The translations under genes and the position numbers were made by a program. From positions 32,001-96,000 of IMG/VR virus record IMGVR_UViG_3300029305_003178: a DNA stretch of 64,000 nucleotides. One strand, 5' to 3'. Under the pieces are notes generated by a model. That model worked only from the letters and a program-made list of their open reading frames with translations, did no database searches and was not told the origin of the DNA. Below, piece after piece: positions 59,299 to 64,000 of the stretch (positions are counted from its first letter, which is position 1; each line of letters begins with the position of its first letter). Source of the stretch: a virus. Lineage: Duplodnaviria; Caudoviricetes.

Positions 59299-61947
59299 AT
59301 GAAAATTTTATATATAAAATTAAAAAATTATGCATCTATCTATACAGGATTGCATAAAAAGGAAATAGAAATAGATTTTACAAAATGTAAAAATAATGTA
59401 ATATTGTTAGTCGGTGCAAATGGATCTGGTAAGACATCTATATTATCTACATTACATCCGTTTGCATATTCTGGTAATATGGATGTTAGATCTAATTCAT
59501 CATTAATACTACCAGAAAAAGATGGTTATAAAGAAATTCATATACAAGATAGACATAACTTGTATATAATTACCCATTTCTATAAATGGACTAAAAAAGA
59601 ATCTCTAACAGTCAAAAGCTTTATTAAAAAGAATAATGAAGAATTAAATCCTAATGGCAATGTAACATCATTTTTAGAAATAGTTAAAAATGAATTAAAT
59701 ATAGAATTAGAGTTTCTTAAATTATTAAGACTTGGGTCTAATGTAACAAATATTATTGAAATGAAAGCTACAGATAGAAAGAAATTTGCATCTGATTTAT
59801 TATCAGATATTAATGTATACACTGAGTTATATAAAAAGGTTAATGATGATAATAGAATCTTAAAAGGATTAATCAAATCCATCAGTGATAAAATTTCTAA
59901 ACTTGGTGTTGTTGACGAATCTGTAATAAAATCTGAAATAGATACAATAAATGAAAGAATTAATTTACTATCTGAGGATAAATCCAGATTGGATAGAGAT
60001 ATAGGCACAGAAATAGGTATTATGAATAGTATCTTACCAAAAGATATTAATACATATGATGAGTTATCCAATAAAGTATATAATCTCAGAATAGAATTAG
60101 ATAATAGAGCAGATGAGTTAAAAAATGTTATGGATTTCAATCAGCCAATACTGCTAGTTGGTGATTATAATGAAATCTTAAATAGTTTTTTAGATGAAAG
60201 CAGAACTATAGAAAATCAGATATCATTAAAACAACATCTATTAGAAATGACTATTGATAGATTAGATAGTGAAATTACAGATAAAGATAAATTGGATACA
60301 CAATTAAAATCTTTTACATCTATAGAAAATTTTAATGATATTAATAGTTTATATTCTGATTTAGTGTTAAAAATAAGTAATTTAGAAGAATATTTTAATG
60401 GTAATTACCCAACTGTATCTAAAGATACATTATTAATAGCATTAAATATTCTAAATGAAATATCTGAAATATCCGATAATATACATAGTTTCAATACTAA
60501 TGCGATTAAAAAAGTATTTGATCTCATTGATTCTGGTGACGATATCGGAGATTATATTAATAAAGAATCGGCTAGAATTAATACAGAAATATTCAATAAA
60601 ATGTCTGTAGATACTAAAGAATCTAAAGATGCTATGCCAATGATTATGTATATTCCTAGTGATTGTAATAATAAGAAAACATGTCCTCTTGCAGATTATT
60701 ATAATAATCTTATTTTATATCGTAATAAAGATAACAAGAGCTTACAATCGTTAGAGTATGAAAAATCTATTATAGACGATATAGGATATATTAACTCTAA
60801 TATAAATCTCATCATTCATATACTTAAATCAAATGATAATATAATTAATTCTATTAGATTAAAATATCTAAAATTTGAAAATATCATGGATTGCATAAGA
60901 TATAATAAACCTATATATGATGAGACATTATGTATGAGATTGATGAGTGATATAGAAGATTATAATTTATTATTAGATTATAAGAATAAATTAAAAGATG
61001 TAGAAATTACAATAAGTAATATACAGTCTAATGAAGCTTTTATACATTCATTATCAGAATCAATCTCTGATAAGAAAAAATCTATAGAAGAATTAAAGGA
61101 ATCTGTTTCTAAATATAAAGATGAAATATCTATTCTTAATTCTAATAAAAAATATACTGATATGCGTATAGAATCTATTAGAAAAGTGATATCATCGGTT
61201 GAAAGAATTAATACATTACGTGATGAAATTAATAGTATGCATGATAATTACAATAAACTATACGATATATTAAATACAGCAAAAGAATCTGAAAATAAAA
61301 TAAAAATGTATCAGAATCGTGTAGATACAGTGAATAGAGAAATAGACCTTTATAGACGAGATATATTTGATAAGCAGATTAAATTAGATACGTTCATTAA
61401 ACTAAATGAAGAATTAGAAATTCTATTAGAAAATTATGATGAAGTATCTATAATACGTGATGCACTATCTTCTACTAAAGGAATTCCTTTGCTATACATT
61501 CAGTTATATCTTAAAAATACTAAGATATTTGTAAATGATCTGTTGGCATCGGTATATGGTGAAGATTTTGAAATAGATGATTTTATTATAAATACAGATG
61601 AGTTTTCTATACCATATATTAAAAATGGTGTTTATGTAGATGATGTTGTTTATGCATCTCAGGGTGAACGTAGTTTCTTATCATTAGCATTATCGTTTGC
61701 ATTAATCAATCAGTCTATTAAAGATTACAATATCTTATTATTAGATGAGATAGATTCTACATTAGATACTAAAAATAGAGCAATGTTTTTAAATATCTTA
61801 GAAAATCAGATTGATACTATTAATGCTGAACAGGTATTTCTTATTACTCATAATAACATGTTTGATATGTATCCCGTAGACATTATTATGACATCTGATA
61901 TTAAATTAGATAACTATAAGAATGCTAATATAATATATAAGAATTAA
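59299..61947 (+). CDS. sbcC: SbcC/Rad50-like SMC ATPase
   Basis: GANGSGKT, coiled coil, central C...CP hook-like site, SQGE, LLLDEID, ITH. Confidence 0.9.
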   Translation: MKILYIKLKNYASIYTGLHKKEIEIDFTKCKNNVILLVGANGSGKTSILSTLHPFAYSGNMDVRSNSSLILPEKDGYKEIHIQDRHNLYIITHFYKWTKKESLTVKSFIKKNNEELNPNGNVTSFLEIVKNELNIELEFLKLLRLGSNVTNIIEMKATDRKKFASDLLSDINVYTELYKKVNDDNRILKGLIKSISDKISKLGVVDESVIKSEIDTINERINLLSEDKSRLDRDIGTEIGIMNSILPKDINTYDELSNKVYNLRIELDNRADELKNVMDFNQPILLVGDYNEILNSFLDESRTIENQISLKQHLLEMTIDRLDSEITDKDKLDTQLKSFTSIENFNDINSLYSDLVLKISNLEEYFNGNYPTVSKDTLLIALNILNEISEISDNIHSFNTNAIKKVFDLIDSGDDIGDYINKESARINTEIFNKMSVDTKESKDAMPMIMYIPSDCNNKKTCPLADYYNNLILYRNKDNKSLQSLEYEKSIIDDIGYINSNINLIIHILKSNDNIINSIRLKYLKFENIMDCIRYNKPIYDETLCMRLMSDIEDYNLLLDYKNKLKDVEITISNIQSNEAFIHSLSESISDKKKSIEELKESVSKYKDEISILNSNKKYTDMRIESIRKVISSVERINTLRDEINSMHDNYNKLYDILNTAKESENKIKMYQNRVDTVNREIDLYRRDIFDKQIKLDTFIKLNEELEILLENYDEVSIIRDALSSTKGIPLLYIQLYLKNTKIFVNDLLASVYGEDFEIDDFIINTDEFSIPYIKNGVYVDDVVYASQGERSFLSLALSFALINQSIKDYNILLLDEIDSTLDTKNRAMFLNILENQIDTINAEQVFLITHNNMFDMYPVDIIMTSDIKLDNYKNANIIYKN

Positions 61948-62101
61948 ATTTATAGGATAGATAGTATTTACTATCTATCCTATTTTCTACGTTCCGTATT
62001 TTTAAGAATTTTGATTATATATTATTAATGTGAATAAAGAAAATAATAAACTTTATTCGATAAATTACCTAATTATTTCAAACATCTAAGGAGGAATCAT
62101 C

Positions 62102-62551
62102 ATGATGAAAGATTATATTGAAATGGAAATGATCCATAGAGCAGAAATCAATGAAATGGAAGAGTCTAGAAGACGTAGACTTGAACGTAAAGCGGCAAGA
62201 ACAAGAAAAAATAAAATTAGCAGAATTAAAAATACTGCATTTGCTCTTGCGGTTATTATTGGTACTACTGGTATCGCTTACCATCTTGCACGGAATTGGG
62301 AATGCTACGATTCTGTAGCAAGAAAACAGTTACAGAACGATATTAATAATGGTGATAAAGAAGCCATTACTTTTTATCGTGATAACTACATCAACAGAGA
62401 CATCTATCTGTTTGATGGTTATCATACAATCGCAATGCTTGCTGCGAGACATGGTCTTGATGTAGAAGCTACACAGGAAGCATTTGATAATTCTGGTTAT
62501 ACACATATCCAGGATTGGTTTGATAATGAGTTAAAAGATCAGCTCAGCTGA
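62102..62551 (+). CDS. early protein with a single transmembrane segment
   Basis: Full early promoter at 61993..62035, AAGGAGG RBS, AFALAVIIGTTGIAY. Confidence 0.75.
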   Translation: MMKDYIEMEMIHRAEINEMEESRRRRLERKAARTRKNKISRIKNTAFALAVIIGTTGIAYHLARNWECYDSVARKQLQNDINNGDKEAITFYRDNYINRDIYLFDGYHTIAMLAARHGLDVEATQEAFDNSGYTHIQDWFDNELKDQLS

Positions 62552-62578
62552 TCTTTTTTGTGTCTGGGAGGTTATAAT

Positions 62579-62764
62579 ATGTTATATAGCTTTTGTTACC
62601 CTTCCATTAAGACATGTCAACAATGTCCTATGTATAAACCATATAAAGTTGTTAACAATGTATATTATGGTGTATGCAGACATACTATGGTAAAGGGTTT
62701 ACGGAATGATAACCCGGCATGTCTTTATGCTATTAAAAGGTATTATGAAAGAATCGCACAATAA
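62579..62764 (+). CDS. small Cys-rich protein
   Basis: GGGAGG RBS, TCQQC...GVC...AC. Confidence 0.55.
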   Translation: MLYSFCYPSIKTCQQCPMYKPYKVVNNVYYGVCRHTMVKGLRNDNPACLYAIKRYYERIAQ

Positions 62765-62808
62765 GAGAAAGTAGGAGACAGAAATCTCCTACTTTCTTTT
62801 TTTTTTTA

Positions 62809-63933
62809 TTAATCTTCATCATCTTCATCGTCGTCATCTTCTTCGTAATATTCATAGACATTATACATTCTACCATATTCATCGGTAGCATAATTACCAT
62901 CAGTACTGAATTTCATTTTACCGAGTTCTCTTCTTGATGGTAATGGATAATCATCTATTTCTTCATTATATTTATCAATAGCGGCTAATCTCCACTCTCC
63001 AGTGTCGATATTTTTCTTAATTACTATATTAACATTTCTATTCTCATACTCAATATATTTAGAACCAGCATTACTTCTCATTGGATTTCCATCCTCATTA
63101 AGTCGTGCTTCTAAAATATCAGTATAATCCTTTTCGGTGTCATTGACGATGAAACCATTTCGTTTAGAGTTTTCAATTTCTTCCACAATACTATCAAACT
63201 CATCTTCTTCATCGCCACCAATATGACGGATAAAATCATTACGACCATGAGATAAGATATTTTTGAAATACGCTGATGCAAGATACTCTGGACTTTTAGT
63301 TTCTCCACCAGATTTTTCTTTATTTTTAGCATCTGCTTTAATCTGCAGGTCTGCAATAGTTTTCTTAACAGAAGAAATTTCTTTAAGTATATTTAATTGA
63401 TTTTGTTTTGATGTAAGCACTAATTCTGCTAAATCATTAGAGTATTTGGAAACGCCTCTTACCCTAGAACCTCTTAAACTTTTTAAATCTTGTTCTAATG
63501 CATTTCCAAATTTTGTTGTATCATCTAATAAATTATATAACAGTGTGATTTCTTCGGCAAATTCTTTCTTAAAATCACTGCTATTCTTTTTCAACTTATC
63601 ATAATTCTTTTTTTGTTCTTTAATGATATTCTTAGGTGATCCAGAATTTTTAACACCATCAATAAATTCTTCTACATTAATCAAACCATTGCCATCATCA
63701 TATGGTTCATCATCATCGTCTAATATAAATAAAGAATCTAATTTAGATTTTTTCTTTTCTTTCTTAGACTTTTTATCTTTTGGTTTTTTATTAACCTTAT
63801 GTGTATATAATGGGGTATCATCGTGATTAGATACTGAATTTACTGGTGGTAATGTCTTTATCTGATCTATTAAAGATAAGCTATTATCTTCTTCTTTATC
63901 ATCATATCTATATTCTACTTTAATTTCGTACAA
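62809..63933 (-). CDS. hypothetical late protein
   Basis: 374 aa, GGAGGTG RBS, late promoter at 63956..63967. Confidence 0.8.
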   Translation of the reverse strand: MYEIKVEYRYDDKEEDNSLSLIDQIKTLPPVNSVSNHDDTPLYTHKVNKKPKDKKSKKEKKKSKLDSLFILDDDDEPYDDGNGLINVEEFIDGVKNSGSPKNIIKEQKKNYDKLKKNSSDFKKEFAEEITLLYNLLDDTTKFGNALEQDLKSLRGSRVRGVSKYSNDLAELVLTSKQNQLNILKEISSVKKTIADLQIKADAKNKEKSGGETKSPEYLASAYFKNILSHGRNDFIRHIGGDEEDEFDSIVEEIENSKRNGFIVNDTEKDYTDILEARLNEDGNPMRSNAGSKYIEYENRNVNIVIKKNIDTGEWRLAAIDKYNEEIDDYPLPSRRELGKMKFSTDGNYATDEYGRMYNVYEYYEEDDDDEDDED

Positions 63934-64000
63934 ATCAGCTCACCTCCAAATCGTTTATATAGGTGTTGAATGCTTGAAAAATTATATCCTGTTTTAAATA

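Noticed and set aside
1-64000. CRISPR array, DGR/retron reverse transcriptase, integrase or transposase
   Set aside because: No regularly spaced repeat-spacer array and no RT or recombinase motifs seen; the Cas4-like nuclease is a solo PD-(D/E)XK phage enzyme
1-64000. Stop-codon reassignment
   Set aside because: Conserved genes read intact in the standard code, TAG and TGA both end genes, and there is no suppressor tRNA; the only break (dnaB) is explained by the intron

Overview
AT-rich 64-kb segment of a jumbo phage of the phiKZ/AR9(PBS1)-like lineage. Strong GGAGG/GAGGTG ribosome-binding sites suggest a Firmicutes host. It encodes three split RNA polymerase beta fragments (two non-virion type, one virion type), a tubulin/FtsZ-family GTPase, RecA/UvsX, an NAD-dependent ligase, a two-subunit type IIA topoisomerase, SbcC and SbcD, DHFR and four tRNAs. 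The DnaB-like helicase is split by a group I intron carrying an HNH endonuclease, and the Dda/RecD-like helicase contains an Ala-start (class 3-type) LAGLIDADG intein. There is a minus-strand tail-fibre/virion block (11.3-23.3 kb) and an accessory early region (0-11 kb) with paralog arrays and repeated terminator-promoter-RBS cassettes. Two promoter classes can be read directly: early TATATTAT, sometimes with TCCGTATTT exactly 25 nt upstream, and late AACA-N6-TA. The most novel-looking signals are ORF-free structured RNA candidates: a ~182-nt 6S-like rod displaying a perfect anti-Shine-Dalgarno sequence (44.46-44.65 kb), a ~340-nt early multibranched RNA with its own promoter and terminator (23.39-23.73 kb), and a similar element at 33.6 kb. 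Candidate anti-defence sponges are also present (tandem DUF2829/Tad2-like, possible Acb4-like). All protein calls come from motif recognition by eye; no database searches were run.
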